In this document: piece by piece, positions 16,984 to 26,830 of the stretch | Position numbering within the stretch: the first letter of the stretch is position 1 | How the letters are laid out: every line of letters starts with the position of its first letter | Source of the DNA: an uncultured Nitrososphaerota archaeon | GTDB taxonomy: Archaea; Thermoproteota; Nitrososphaeria; Nitrososphaerales; Gagatemarchaeaceae | Length of the DNA stretch: 64,000 nucleotides | NCBI GenBank assembly: GCA_963838925.1 | Contig: CAWISW010000002.1 | Coordinates: 352,001-416,000 of the forward strand | Direction of reading: 5' to 3' | Notes under the pieces: model-generated | The model's input: the letters and a program-made list of their open reading frames with translations, nothing else | Told to the model about the DNA's origin: nothing | Database searches by the model: none | Made by a program: the position numbers and the translations under genes

Positions 16984-18699
16984 TTGCTGGTCGAGCGCCC
17001 CTGGAGGAAGGCTTGGGCCAAGCACGTGATAGAGAGCAGCGCCGCGCCGCCGGAGCCGAAGCCTCTCTTCGAGCTCCTCTCCGCGACCGCCGCCCGCGAC
17101 CCGGGGAAGGTCTGTCTGAGGTTCCAGGGAGCGAGCCTCACCTACGCCCAGGCCGACGACGTCTCCTCGAGGTTCGCCAGCGCGCTCATCTCCCTCGGGG
17201 TGAAGAAGGGCGACAGGGTCGCCATATTCATGCCTAACATGCCGCAGTTCGTCTTCGCCTACTTCGGCATCCTCAAGGCGGGAGGGATCGTCGTGCCGTG
17301 CTCCCCCCTCTACAAGGCGAAGGAGCTCGAGTTCCAGCTCAGGGACTCGGGCGCATCCGTCGTCGTCGCGGCGAACGACGTCGTGAAGGGTAGCGACCTC
17401 TTCGCGAGCCTGGAGGCCTGCAGAAAAGACCTGTCTATCAAGATAGTCACGGCCAGCCTCACGGACTACCTCCCTCCCGCGAAGCGCGCCCTCGCAGGGC
17501 TCGCAGGTGTCAAGAACGTGAAGAGGGAGGGGACCGCGGGCGCGTTCAGAGACCTCGTCTCAAAGAGCCAGCCCCTCACGAAGTTCGGAGACGTCGCGCC
17601 AAAGACCGACGTCGCGGTCCTCCAGTACACGGGAGGGACGACGGGCGTCGCGAAGGGCGCGATGCTGACCCACGCAAACCTGTACCTCAACGCGGCGGTG
17701 ATAGCTGCTTGGTTCCCGCTCGCCAAGGACGACATCGCCCTAGGCGTGCTCCCGTTCTTCCACATCTACGGGATGACGGCCGCGATGAACGCCCCGCTCT
17801 ACGCCGGCGGATCCATCGTCCTCCTGCCAAGGTTCGACGTCGAGGCCGTGATGGAGACCATACAGAAGGAGAAGGTCACGTCGTTCTGCGGGGTGCCCAC
17901 GATGTACATCGCGGTCATCCACCATCCCGACGTCAAGAAGTTCAGCCTCAGGACCGTCCGAGGCTGCATCTCTGGGGGGGCTGCCCTCCCCATCTCGGTC
18001 ATCAAGGCCTTCGGCGAGCTGACAGGCGGGACGCTGGTCGAGGGGTACGGCCTTAGCGAGGCAAGCCCCGTCACGCACTGCAACCCGCTTGGAGAGGGCG
18101 CCTCGCTCCGTGAGGGCTCGATAGGGATCCCGATCCCGTTCACAGACGCGGCGGTCGTCGACATGGACGACCCCTCGAAGGTCCTCGGCGTCGGCGAGTC
18201 TGGAGAGCTCGCGGTCAAAGGCCCGCAGGTGATGCTGGGCTACTGGAACAACGAGGCGGAGACAGAGAACGTGCTCACCAAGGACGGCTGGCTGCTCACC
18301 GGCGACGTCGCGAGGATGGACGCGGACGGATACTTCTACATCGTCGACAGAAAGAAGGACATGATCGACGTCTCCGGGCTCAAGGTCTACCCGCGCGAGG
18401 TCGAAGAGCTCCTCTTCACCCACCCCGGGGTGAAGGAGGCCGCGGTGGTGGGGATGCCCGACGACTATCGGGGCGAAGCCGTGAGCGCTTACGTCGTCCT
18501 CAAGCCGGAGAGCAAGGGGAAGGTGACCGCGGAGGACATCATCCAGTTCTGCAGGACCAACCTCGCGACCTACAAGGCTCCGAGGAAGGTCACGTTCGTG
18601 GACGAGCTGCCGAAGACTCTCATCGGCAAGGTCCTTCGGAGGAGGCTCAGGGAGTCAGGCGGCGGGGAGCCGACCCAGCCTGCTAGCGCCGCTCGATGA
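16984..18699 (+). CDS. Long-chain fatty acid--CoA ligase (FadD-like)
   Basis: YTGGTTGVAKG, EGYGLSEASP, TGD, IVDRKKDMI, LPKTLIGKVLRR. Confidence 0.93.
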   Translation: MLVERPWRKAWAKHVIESSAAPPEPKPLFELLSATAARDPGKVCLRFQGASLTYAQADDVSSRFASALISLGVKKGDRVAIFMPNMPQFVFAYFGILKAGGIVVPCSPLYKAKELEFQLRDSGASVVVAANDVVKGSDLFASLEACRKDLSIKIVTASLTDYLPPAKRALAGLAGVKNVKREGTAGAFRDLVSKSQPLTKFGDVAPKTDVAVLQYTGGTTGVAKGAMLTHANLYLNAAVIAAWFPLAKDDIALGVLPFFHIYGMTAAMNAPLYAGGSIVLLPRFDVEAVMETIQKEKVTSFCGVPTMYIAVIHHPDVKKFSLRTVRGCISGGAALPISVIKAFGELTGGTLVEGYGLSEASPVTHCNPLGEGASLREGSIGIPIPFTDAAVVDMDDPSKVLGVGESGELAVKGPQVMLGYWNNEAETENVLTKDGWLLTGDVARMDADGYFYIVDRKKDMIDVSGLKVYPREVEELLFTHPGVKEAAVVGMPDDYRGEAVSAYVVLKPESKGKVTAEDIIQFCRTNLATYKAPRKVTFVDELPKTLIGKVLRRRLRESGGGEPTQPASAAR

Positions 18700-19861
18700 T
18701 CATGGCCAAGGCGTTGCCCCCGCCCAGGCAGAGGGTGGCCATGCCCCGCTTCTTTCCCGCCCTCCTCATCTCGTAGATCAGCGTCGTGAGTATCCTTGCC
18801 CCGCTGCACCCGATGGGGTGCCCTAGCGCGACTGCGCCGCCGTTGACGTTGAACCTCTCCGCCGATATGCCGAGCTCGTCCCTCACCACTATCGACGAAG
18901 CCGAGTACGCTTCGTTGTACTCCACCAGGTCGATGTCGTCGACGGCGAGGCCAGTCCTTCTGAGCAGCGCTCTCACTGTCGGGATGGGAGCCTCCATCAC
19001 GTCCTCGGGCTTCGCTCCCCCCGCGGCGTATGCCACTATCTCCGCGATCGGCTTGAGCTTCATCCTCCTCGCGGCCTCCTCGCTCGTCACCACGAGGGCG
19101 CTCGCCCCATCGCTCAGCTGAGAGGAATTGCCGGCGGTCAGGATGCCGTCCGGAGCGAACGCCGGCCTCAGCCTCGCCAGCTTGTCTGGCGTGGTGTCCG
19201 CCCTTATGCACTCGTCGAGCCTGAAGCTGGCACTCTTCCCTTCTCGCTCCACGGCCACGGGCACCACCTCGTCGTCGAACCTCCCGTCCTTCTGAGCCTT
19301 CGCCGCCCTCATGTGGCTCTCGTAGGCGTAGTCGTCTGCTTGCCTCCTCGTCACCTTGTACTTCCTGGCGATCCTCTCCCCTGTCACGCCCATGTGGTAG
19401 TGGTTGTAGACGTCCCAGAGGCCGTCGACGATCATCGCGTCCTCCAGCTTCGTGTCGCCGTACCTGTTCCCCCAGCGCATCTGCCTCACGAGGTACGGCG
19501 CGTCGCTCATGTTCTCCGTCCCGCCTGCCACGACCACCTCCTGGTCCTCGGCCTTGACCGCCTGCGCCGCGAGCATCACGGACTTCATCCCCGAGCCGCA
19601 GACCATGTTGGCGCTCATGGAGCCCACATGGACGGGGACGCCCGCGTAGATCGCAGCCTGCCTCGCGACGTTCTGCCCCAGCCCTGCGGAGATCACGTTC
19701 CCGATGATGACCTCGCCCACTTCCTTCGGCTTGAGCCCGGCCCTGGAGATGGCCTCCTTCACCACTGAGGCCCCGAGCCGCGACGCGTGGACGCCAACGA
19801 GGCTCTTCCCGAACTTGCCCACCGGCGTCCTGCAGGCAGATACGATGACCGGGTTCTTCAC
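18683..19861 (-). CDS. Acetyl-CoA C-acetyltransferase (bacterial-type thiolase)
   Basis: Complete catalytic set: NMVCGSG, NEA, GGAVALGHPIGCSG, CLGGG. Confidence 0.94.
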   Translation of the reverse strand: MKNPVIVSACRTPVGKFGKSLVGVHASRLGASVVKEAISRAGLKPKEVGEVIIGNVISAGLGQNVARQAAIYAGVPVHVGSMSANMVCGSGMKSVMLAAQAVKAEDQEVVVAGGTENMSDAPYLVRQMRWGNRYGDTKLEDAMIVDGLWDVYNHYHMGVTGERIARKYKVTRRQADDYAYESHMRAAKAQKDGRFDDEVVPVAVEREGKSASFRLDECIRADTTPDKLARLRPAFAPDGILTAGNSSQLSDGASALVVTSEEAARRMKLKPIAEIVAYAAGGAKPEDVMEAPIPTVRALLRRTGLAVDDIDLVEYNEAYSASSIVVRDELGISAERFNVNGGAVALGHPIGCSGARILTTLIYEMRRAGKKRGMATLCLGGGNALAMIIERR

Positions 19862-19945
19862 TGCTCTCCCATTGACCGGCTTCCTTTATAATGAAACTGC
19901 CGCGCGAGCGTTTGCTGGACGAAAATCCGGCGAAAACGAAGGGAA

Positions 19946-20506
19946 CTAGGGCTCGCCCGCGAGGGCGCGCGACCTCCAGTGCTGCGACGCGTAGAAGATT
20001 ATCAGGGGCGCGAGAATCGCGCCCGTCACGAGGTCGCTCAGCTCGTGCGCCATCATGAACGGCACCCCCAGCACCTCCGTGGTCAGGAGCTTCTGCACCG
20101 TCACCCCTGGCCAGAAGGCGACCAGCGCGCTCCCGGCGTTCGTCTCGATGTCCCACAGGAACGCGCAGAGCGCGAGCACAGCGCCGAGGTACAGGTTTCT
20201 GGGCGAAAGGCGTGCGCTCTGTCCTCTCCATATCCGCGACGCCCCCCACCCCGCGAGCGCGTAGACGACCTCCCCCGCCACCAGGAACGGGATGATGTAT
20301 CCCCCGAAGCCGTACGGGCTCAGCAATCCCCAGATCACCTCTGACATGACCCCGACGTAGACCCCCATCTCGAGCCCGAAGACGAACGCCACGGAGAACA
20401 CGATGGGGTCGACGAGCTTAACGTTGGGGATGTCGACCAGCGCAAAGTCCGAGGCGACGGCTAGCGCAGTGAATGCCCCGACCAGCGCCAGGCCTCTCGT
20501 GTTCAT
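19946..20506 (-). CDS. ECF transporter S-component-like membrane protein
   Basis: About 5 TM; FTALAVA...IPNVK.VD.IVF...FG...G. Confidence 0.75.
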   Translation of the reverse strand: MNTRGLALVGAFTALAVASDFALVDIPNVKLVDPIVFSVAFVFGLEMGVYVGVMSEVIWGLLSPYGFGGYIIPFLVAGEVVYALAGWGASRIWRGQSARLSPRNLYLGAVLALCAFLWDIETNAGSALVAFWPGVTVQKLLTTEVLGVPFMMAHELSDLVTGAILAPLIIFYASQHWRSRALAGEP

Positions 20507-20540
20507 CCGGTCTCGATGGCTGGACAAACCAGCCAGCGCT

Positions 20541-21026
20541 TTAATCGTTTCCGCGGGGCGTCCGAGCGGCGGTCTTGAACCCAGCGAGGTCGAGGATTGA
20601 GCCCTTCCTCTGCCCGACGGGGACGAACGAGGGCATGACGGCCTCGCCCACATGCGGCGCTCTCCTGCCCTCGTGAAGTATCTTGTGCAACAACCCGCCC
20701 GCGACGCCCTGGAAAACCACGAACCCGAACGTGGACGGAGGCGTCGCCCCATGGGCGCCCGGACTCACCCTCGAGATCGCCACTATCATACCAGAGTGGA
20801 GTAGCTCGACGTCGGTCCTTGTGCGCGCGCCGCACTCAAGGCAGTACGCCCTCGGCGGGACCCTCAACTCGCCGCAGGTGGTGCACTTGCTGGCGATTAT
20901 GCGCCCGTCCCTGAGCCCCCTGAGGAAGGCCTCGCCCGCGGTCCCCGCGGTGTACTCGTAGTGGAGCGGGATGCTGTCCTTCCACGCCATGATCCTTCCC
21001 GTCCCCTCCTCGACGACGACGCTCAT
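20541..21026 (-). CDS. DUF35/ChsH2-like Zn-ribbon OB-fold protein
   Basis: YTAG.AG..FL.GLRDG, KCTTCG...PPRAYCLEC. Confidence 0.88.
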   Translation of the reverse strand: MSVVVEEGTGRIMAWKDSIPLHYEYTAGTAGEAFLRGLRDGRIIASKCTTCGELRVPPRAYCLECGARTRTDVELLHSGMIVAISRVSPGAHGATPPSTFGFVVFQGVAGGLLHKILHEGRRAPHVGEAVMPSFVPVGQRKGSILDLAGFKTAARTPRGND

Positions 21027-21556
21027 CCCTGCCTCGTCCCTCCCCTGAACGGCCTGAAGTAGCGGATGTCCGTGATCGCGCCCTGCCTCTCGCCCTTTGG
21101 CTTCCATGCGGCCTTTACCTTCATCCCCACCGTCACCTTCTCCGGGGCGACCTCGCCCAGCAGGTGGAGCATCCCCATCATCGGCGACGCGCCGTCAATC
21201 TCGACCACAGCCACGAGTATGGGCTCCTCGCCTTCCCTCCTGCTCGCGTCCGCGTTGACGTAGCTGACCGAGTACGTGACGACCCTGCCCGTGTCGCCGA
21301 GCCTGACCCACTCGTCGGTGGGGCGGAAGCACGCCTCGCAGTACATGCGGGGCGGGACCATCGTCCTCCCGCAGCCGCCGCACCTCCTCCCCCACAGCTC
21401 GCCCTCCCTCATCCCGGCCAAGAACCTCGACGTCGCACTCCCGGTGCTCCAAGAGTACCTCAGCTCGGTCTCGTATCGCGTGACGAGGTATCTCCCCGCC
21501 CTAGCCTCGTCCGAGGATATCTCCGTCCCGGGGTAGCGCCTGAACCTGCTGCTCAT
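21023..21556 (-). CDS. DUF35/ChsH2-like Zn-ribbon OB-fold protein
   Basis: RCGGCG..MVPPRMYCEAC, GMKVKAAWKP..ERQGAITDI.YF. Confidence 0.9.
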   Translation of the reverse strand: MSSRFRRYPGTEISSDEARAGRYLVTRYETELRYSWSTGSATSRFLAGMREGELWGRRCGGCGRTMVPPRMYCEACFRPTDEWVRLGDTGRVVTYSVSYVNADASRREGEEPILVAVVEIDGASPMMGMLHLLGEVAPEKVTVGMKVKAAWKPKGERQGAITDIRYFRPFRGGTRQG

Positions 21557-23517
21557 CCGGACGCCCCCGTCTTCGTCCGATAGTCTACGAAGAACTTGAT
21601 CGAGTCGGGGTTCTTCAGCGAGCCTTCGCTGAGCGCCTCGCCAGGGTCAGCGCCCATCAGGATGCGCTTGATTGGTACCTCGACCTTCTTCCCGTTTATC
21701 GTCCTGGGGACCTCCTCTATCTGGACTACGTCGTCCGGGACCAGCTTGGGCGACAGGTCCTCGCCCAACTTCTGCCTGATCCTCTGGCGCAGAGCCTCGT
21801 CCAGCACAACGCCGCGCCTGAGGACGACGAAGAGTGGCATGAACGCCCTCCCGCCCGGGAACTCCAGGTCGACCACGAGCGAGTCCCCCACCTCGGGCAC
21901 CGACTCCACGACCCTGTAGACCTCGCTCGTCCCAGCCCTCACCCCGCGCCTCTTGATCGTCGCGTCGGACCTTCCTTGGATCACGCAAGTCCCGTCTGCG
22001 TCGATGCGTATCCAGTCCCCGTGCGTCCAGGCGCCCTTGAATAAGGAGAAGTAGCTCTCCGCGTACTTGGAGCCGTCCCTGTCGCCCCAGAAGAAGAGGG
22101 GCATCGACGGCATCGGCTCTCTCACGACCAGCTCGCCCACCTGTCCCAATACCGGGTTTCCCGACTCGTCGTAGGCGGCGACCGACGCGCCGAGGTACCT
22201 GCACTGGATCTTGCCCGACAACACGGGCAGCGTCGGGTTCCCGCCCACGAACGCGGTGCAGACGTCGGTGCCCCCGCTTATCGACGCCACCCAGAGGTCG
22301 TCCTTCACCTTCGAGTAGAGCCACTCGAAGCTCTCAGGAGAGAGGGGCGAGCCGGTCGACCCGAAGCCCCGGAGATTCCGAAGGAAGTGCCCCCTGGGGT
22401 CGAACCCGCTCTTCGCAACCGCGTCGAAATAAGACGCGCCAGCGCCGAAGAAGGTCGTCCTCGTCCTCTGGGCTAGGTCCCAAAGCGCTCCCGGGCCGGG
22501 GTGGAGCGGGTCACCGTCGTAGAGCACCACCTTGCTCCCCAGCAACAGCGCGCCGAGGAGGTAGTTCCACATCATCCAGCCCGCTGAGGTGTACCAGAAC
22601 ATAGTGTCGCCCCTCCTCACGTCGTTGTGGAGCGAGAGCGCCTTCAGCTGCTCGAGAAGAATCCCTCCGTGCCCGTGGACTATGGCCTTCGGCAGGCCGG
22701 TCGTCCCCGACGTGTACAGCACCCAGAGCGGGTGGTCGAAGGGAACCTTCGCGAACTCGAGCCTCTCGCTCCTGTCGGCGAGCTCGACCCAGTCCTCCGC
22801 CCCCGCGACGCCCTCCTTCTCCCGCGTGTCGGTGACTATCGTCGTGGTTATGCTCGGGATCGAGTCCCTCACGGCCTCGATCACTCCCTGCTTCTCGAAC
22901 CACTTCCCGCCGTAGCCGTAGCCCTCGACCCCGATGAACACCTTGGGCGCTATCTGCTCGAACCTGTCGACGACGCTCTTCGCCCCAAAGTCCGGGGAGA
23001 CGCAGGACCAGACCGCCCCCAAGCTCGCCGAGGCCAGGAAGCCCACGACCGCCTCCGGGCAGTTGGGGAGGTAGCCCGCCACCCTGTCGCCCGGGACCAC
23101 GCCCTCCTCCCTCAGGAACGCGGCGAGAGAGGCGGTCTCCGCCCTCAGCTCGCCCCACGTGACGTCAGAGTCTTCCTCGTCCTCGCCTGCGGCTATCAGC
23201 GCGACATCGTCGTCGTACCTGTTCCTGAAGATGTGCTCCGCGTAGTTGAGCCGCGCCCCGTCGAACCACTTCGCGCCCGGCATCTTCCTCTCGGGCAGCA
23301 CCGCGCGGTAGGGCGTCGTCGACCAGATCTCGAAGTGCTCCCAGATGCTCTCCCAGAACGCCTCGATGTCCTCGGTCGACCAGCGCCAGAGCGAATTGTA
23401 GTCGGGGAAAGACCTTCCGGTCCTCTTCTCAAGCCAGCGCGTGTACTTTGTGATGTTTGCGCCATCGACCTGCTCCCTGCTCGGCTTCCAGAGCACTTTG
23501 CCCTCCATCTCCATCAT
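21553..23517 (-). CDS. Acetoacetate--CoA ligase
   Basis: LW.PS, LNYAEH, PFDHPLWVLYTSGTTGLPKAIVHGHGG, WMMWN, SISGGTDVC, GRSDAT, NGKKVE. Confidence 0.92.
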   Translation of the reverse strand: MMEMEGKVLWKPSREQVDGANITKYTRWLEKRTGRSFPDYNSLWRWSTEDIEAFWESIWEHFEIWSTTPYRAVLPERKMPGAKWFDGARLNYAEHIFRNRYDDDVALIAAGEDEEDSDVTWGELRAETASLAAFLREEGVVPGDRVAGYLPNCPEAVVGFLASASLGAVWSCVSPDFGAKSVVDRFEQIAPKVFIGVEGYGYGGKWFEKQGVIEAVRDSIPSITTTIVTDTREKEGVAGAEDWVELADRSERLEFAKVPFDHPLWVLYTSGTTGLPKAIVHGHGGILLEQLKALSLHNDVRRGDTMFWYTSAGWMMWNYLLGALLLGSKVVLYDGDPLHPGPGALWDLAQRTRTTFFGAGASYFDAVAKSGFDPRGHFLRNLRGFGSTGSPLSPESFEWLYSKVKDDLWVASISGGTDVCTAFVGGNPTLPVLSGKIQCRYLGASVAAYDESGNPVLGQVGELVVREPMPSMPLFFWGDRDGSKYAESYFSLFKGAWTHGDWIRIDADGTCVIQGRSDATIKRRGVRAGTSEVYRVVESVPEVGDSLVVDLEFPGGRAFMPLFVVLRRGVVLDEALRQRIRQKLGEDLSPKLVPDDVVQIEEVPRTINGKKVEVPIKRILMGADPGEALSEGSLKNPDSIKFFVDYRTKTGASG

Positions 23518-23659
23518 CGCTGGAGGGTCCTGCGGGGGGGTTGCCTAGTCCGGACCGGTGGCAGATTACCCAACAGCGCTCTACTAGACTGGCAAAAGGA
23601 ATAGGCGGTTATATTCTCTTCAGAGATTTTCCGTTCTGCCATGCGGAGCACGCTGTCGC

Positions 23660-24823
23660 CTACCTCCGCATCGTGATGACGGTACCTACTTGTAGCAGAT
23701 CTCCCCAAGCTTGTGCCAGTCCGCGGTTTACCTCCTTCTTCACTTGCCTCTTCCCGGCCTCGCCTCTGAGCTGCCAGAAGACCTCGCACACCTTCATTAG
23801 GCCTGCGGCGGCGATCGGGTTTCCCACACCCAGCAGCCCGCCCGAAGGATTGACTGGAAAGTCCCCGTCTCTCTGAGTGACGCCATCCTTCGTGAGCTTG
23901 GGCGCTCCGCCCTTGTCCGCGAGCATGAGCCCCTCCATGTGGTGGAGCTCCTTGTAGTCGAAGGGGTCGTAGACCTCGGCAAAGTCCAGGTCCTTCCTGG
24001 GGTCCTCGATTTTCGCCATCTTGTATGCCATCCTCGCGGCGCGCTCGAGGTACTCCGGGTAGCAGAGGTCCCTGTTCGTCCAATATTGAGTGTCGACGTT
24101 CCAGCCCACACCGTCAATCCAGATGGGGTCGTCGGTGTACTTTCTCGCTACGTCCTCGGACGCAAGGACCACCGCGGCCGCACCGTCCGATGGCGGGGAA
24201 ACATCGAGGCGCTTTACCGGAGACACAATCCTTTCACTTCTCATCACGTCGTCCACGGTGATCTTAGCACCGAGCTGCGCGCAGGGGTGGTCGAGCGCGT
24301 TGAGCTTGTTCTTGACCGCGACCAGCGCGATGTCCTCCTCCTTTATCCCGTAGACGTGCATGTACCGCCTCATCTCGAGGGCGAATATCCAGAGGAGCGT
24401 CACGCCCAGCGGCCTCTCGAGCGTGTGGTCGAATATGCTCCAGAACGCGTACTGGGGATGCGGGTGGAGCGGCGACATCTTCTCCTCCGCGACGACCATG
24501 CACGTGTCGAAGAGCCCGGAAGCGACGTGCCACCACCCGCCGATGGGCGAGAAGACGCCCGTCCCTCCGCCGACGTAGACCCTGCTCGTTGGCAACCCCA
24601 CGCCTCCCGCCCCCTCGAGGAGGTATTCGCCCTTCATGTGGATCCCGTCGAACGCGTCCGGGGCCGTGCCGATCACCACGGACTCGATGTCCTTCCGTTC
24701 CATCCCTGCCGCTTCGAGCGCCATCCTGCTCGCCTCGTAGGAGAGCTCCCTTCCAGTCTCGAGGAGCCTCCTCCTGAACAGCGTCATCCCTGCGCCGATG
24801 ATGGCGACCCTTTGCTTCGTCAT
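23660..24823 (-). CDS. Thiolase-fold protein lacking the catalytic Cys (Ltp3-like)
   Basis: VVIGTAPDAFDG; VGGGTG where thiolases carry the nucleophilic Cys; AEVYDPF; NPSGGLL.VGNPI. Confidence 0.85.
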   Translation of the reverse strand: MTKQRVAIIGAGMTLFRRRLLETGRELSYEASRMALEAAGMERKDIESVVIGTAPDAFDGIHMKGEYLLEGAGGVGLPTSRVYVGGGTGVFSPIGGWWHVASGLFDTCMVVAEEKMSPLHPHPQYAFWSIFDHTLERPLGVTLLWIFALEMRRYMHVYGIKEEDIALVAVKNKLNALDHPCAQLGAKITVDDVMRSERIVSPVKRLDVSPPSDGAAAVVLASEDVARKYTDDPIWIDGVGWNVDTQYWTNRDLCYPEYLERAARMAYKMAKIEDPRKDLDFAEVYDPFDYKELHHMEGLMLADKGGAPKLTKDGVTQRDGDFPVNPSGGLLGVGNPIAAAGLMKVCEVFWQLRGEAGKRQVKKEVNRGLAQAWGDLLQVGTVITMRR

Positions 24824-25962
24824 GAGCCCACCGAGAGTATCGCCACGCCGCCGGTCGCTGTGGGGACGCCCCTCCACGACTGGACCAGCGCGCTCTTCGC
24901 GCCCTTCACCTGCCTTGCCCCGCCCTCGCCCCTGAGCTGGAGCACCGCCTCATAGACGCGATGGAGCGCCGACGCCTCGAGCAGGTTGCCAACCGCAAGC
25001 GAGCCGCCGGAGGGGTTCAGCGCCGGACCCCGCCCGCCCAGGATGGCAGAAGCCCGCTTCGCGTCCCCCGCGAGAGACACGAGGTGCTGAAGCAGCTTGA
25101 ACGAGTACGTGTCGTCTATCTCGATGAGGTCGAGCGCCCCGAGGCCTCCATCCAGCTCGGCCTGCCTACCAGCGCGCTCGAACGAAGCGCGCGCGTAGCC
25201 AGCGTATCCCGCGTCGCCTCCGTCGAACCAGGGGAGCGAGGAGTTCCACGCGACGCCGTCGATGCTGACAGCCTCCTTCTTGCGCCTCCTCGCCCACTTT
25301 GTGGAGGCCAGCACGACGACCACTGCTGCGTCAGCGTAGGGCGCCTTGTCCGCCACCCTTAGTGGCGAGGAGATCACGCCGGACCGCGGAGAAGCTCCTC
25401 CTCGCCGCTTCTTCGAGCCGTAGCTCGCGAGCGGGTTCGCAGCGCCCCTCCTCCTGGAGTTCTCTATCGCCAAATCGCACTCCTCAATCCCAAAGCCAGC
25501 ACGGTCTAGGAACGCCCCCATCTCTAGGGCCGCAAGCGTATCAGCGCCCATCCCCAGCGGGCGCATCAAAGAAGGCTCCTGCGCGAGGTCCTCGACCGCC
25601 TCCTTGTCCAGGACGTCCGAGGCCTTGCTGTGCGCTTCGAGGACCACGACCTGAGCAACGCCCGACTCGATTTGCATCACAGCGTTCCCGAGGCCGGTGA
25701 CGCCGTCCCCGGGGATCGTGCAGACCGGCCGCCCCGCGCCCCCGAGCTGGTCCGGGACCATCTCGTCGGTGATGCTCCAGCCCTCCCAGAGGTCCTCGCT
25801 GGTCGTGATGAACGAGTCCACCTCCGTCCTCGGGTCGATGCCCGCGTCCCTGTAGGCGAGGGCAGCGGCCTCGAACATGAGTTCGCGGGTCGAGATGTCT
25901 GGCAACGCAGCCTTGAAGCCCGCCGCGCCGACCCCGATTATTCCGACCTCAGGTCGCCTCAT
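24820..25962 (-). CDS. Second thiolase-fold protein (Ltp4-like)
   Basis: SCPx-like fold motifs (EIDDTYSF, NPSGGSL, AVLQLRGEGG); ATGA-coupled to the Ltp3-like gene. Confidence 0.82.
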   Translation of the reverse strand: MRRPEVGIIGVGAAGFKAALPDISTRELMFEAAALAYRDAGIDPRTEVDSFITTSEDLWEGWSITDEMVPDQLGGAGRPVCTIPGDGVTGLGNAVMQIESGVAQVVVLEAHSKASDVLDKEAVEDLAQEPSLMRPLGMGADTLAALEMGAFLDRAGFGIEECDLAIENSRRRGAANPLASYGSKKRRGGASPRSGVISSPLRVADKAPYADAAVVVVLASTKWARRRKKEAVSIDGVAWNSSLPWFDGGDAGYAGYARASFERAGRQAELDGGLGALDLIEIDDTYSFKLLQHLVSLAGDAKRASAILGGRGPALNPSGGSLAVGNLLEASALHRVYEAVLQLRGEGGARQVKGAKSALVQSWRGVPTATGGVAILSVGS

Positions 25963-26048
25963 TCGAAAGCAAGAATCCCTTCGTCGCTACATAAGTTTGG
26001 CTACCCCGAGAGCAACTCATTTACCACCCGGTCCCGTGCACACCGCCC

Positions 26049-26828
26049 ATGGAGGAGGTCGAAAGCGAGCTTCGCGACAAGTTCGGGCTCAACTCCTACG
26101 AGTCCCGCGCCTACCTCGTGCTGGTCTCCTCGCCCATGAAGACGAAGGACATCGCGGCCGCCGCGAACATCCCCATGCCGAGGATATACGACACCCTCCG
26201 CGCCCTCGAGATGAAGGGGTTCGTCCACCAGAGCGGCGAGAGCTACGCGGCGGAGTCCCCAAGCGTCGCGCTCAAGACCTACCTCCTCGGACACCAGAGG
26301 TCCTTCGAGAAGGCCAGGGAGTCGAAGGAAGCCTCGATGAAGCGCATCGTGGAGCTCCTCCAGCCGGTCATGGCCTCCAAGGACGAGCTCTCCCAGGAGC
26401 CCGTCCTGCTCAGGGGGATAGACGCCATCGCAGGCAGGTTCTTCGAGATACTCAGCACATCCAAGGACATCACGCTCATGGTAAGGAAGGCGCTGAAGGT
26501 CAAGGGAGTCTTCAGAGAGTACCTGGAGGCCCTCCCGCTCTCGGGAAAGCGCATCCGCCTTCTGCTCCCGTCGAAACCGCCCATCAACGAGCGCGATGCC
26601 AGGCTCCTCTCGCGCCTCAGGATCGAGGCGAGGTATTACGACCACCCCGTCCTGGACATGATGGTCGCGGACGAGCTTGACGTCGTCCTCGGCGTCCCGG
26701 AGAGGACAAACGACGAGCCCTTCAGCGCTGTCGCGCTATGGGTGAGGAACCCTTCGTTCGCCAGGTCGACCAGGGCCGCCATCGACGAGATATGGGACGA
26801 GAGCTCCAAGCGAAAGGGGAGGGCCTAG
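26049..26828 (+). CDS. TrmB family transcriptional regulator
   Basis: FGLNSYESRAY, IPMPRIYDTLRALEMKGFV; divergent from the thiolase-fold operon. Confidence 0.9.
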   Translation: MEEVESELRDKFGLNSYESRAYLVLVSSPMKTKDIAAAANIPMPRIYDTLRALEMKGFVHQSGESYAAESPSVALKTYLLGHQRSFEKARESKEASMKRIVELLQPVMASKDELSQEPVLLRGIDAIAGRFFEILSTSKDITLMVRKALKVKGVFREYLEALPLSGKRIRLLLPSKPPINERDARLLSRLRIEARYYDHPVLDMMVADELDVVLGVPERTNDEPFSAVALWVRNPSFARSTRAAIDEIWDESSKRKGRA

Positions 26829-26830
26829 GG

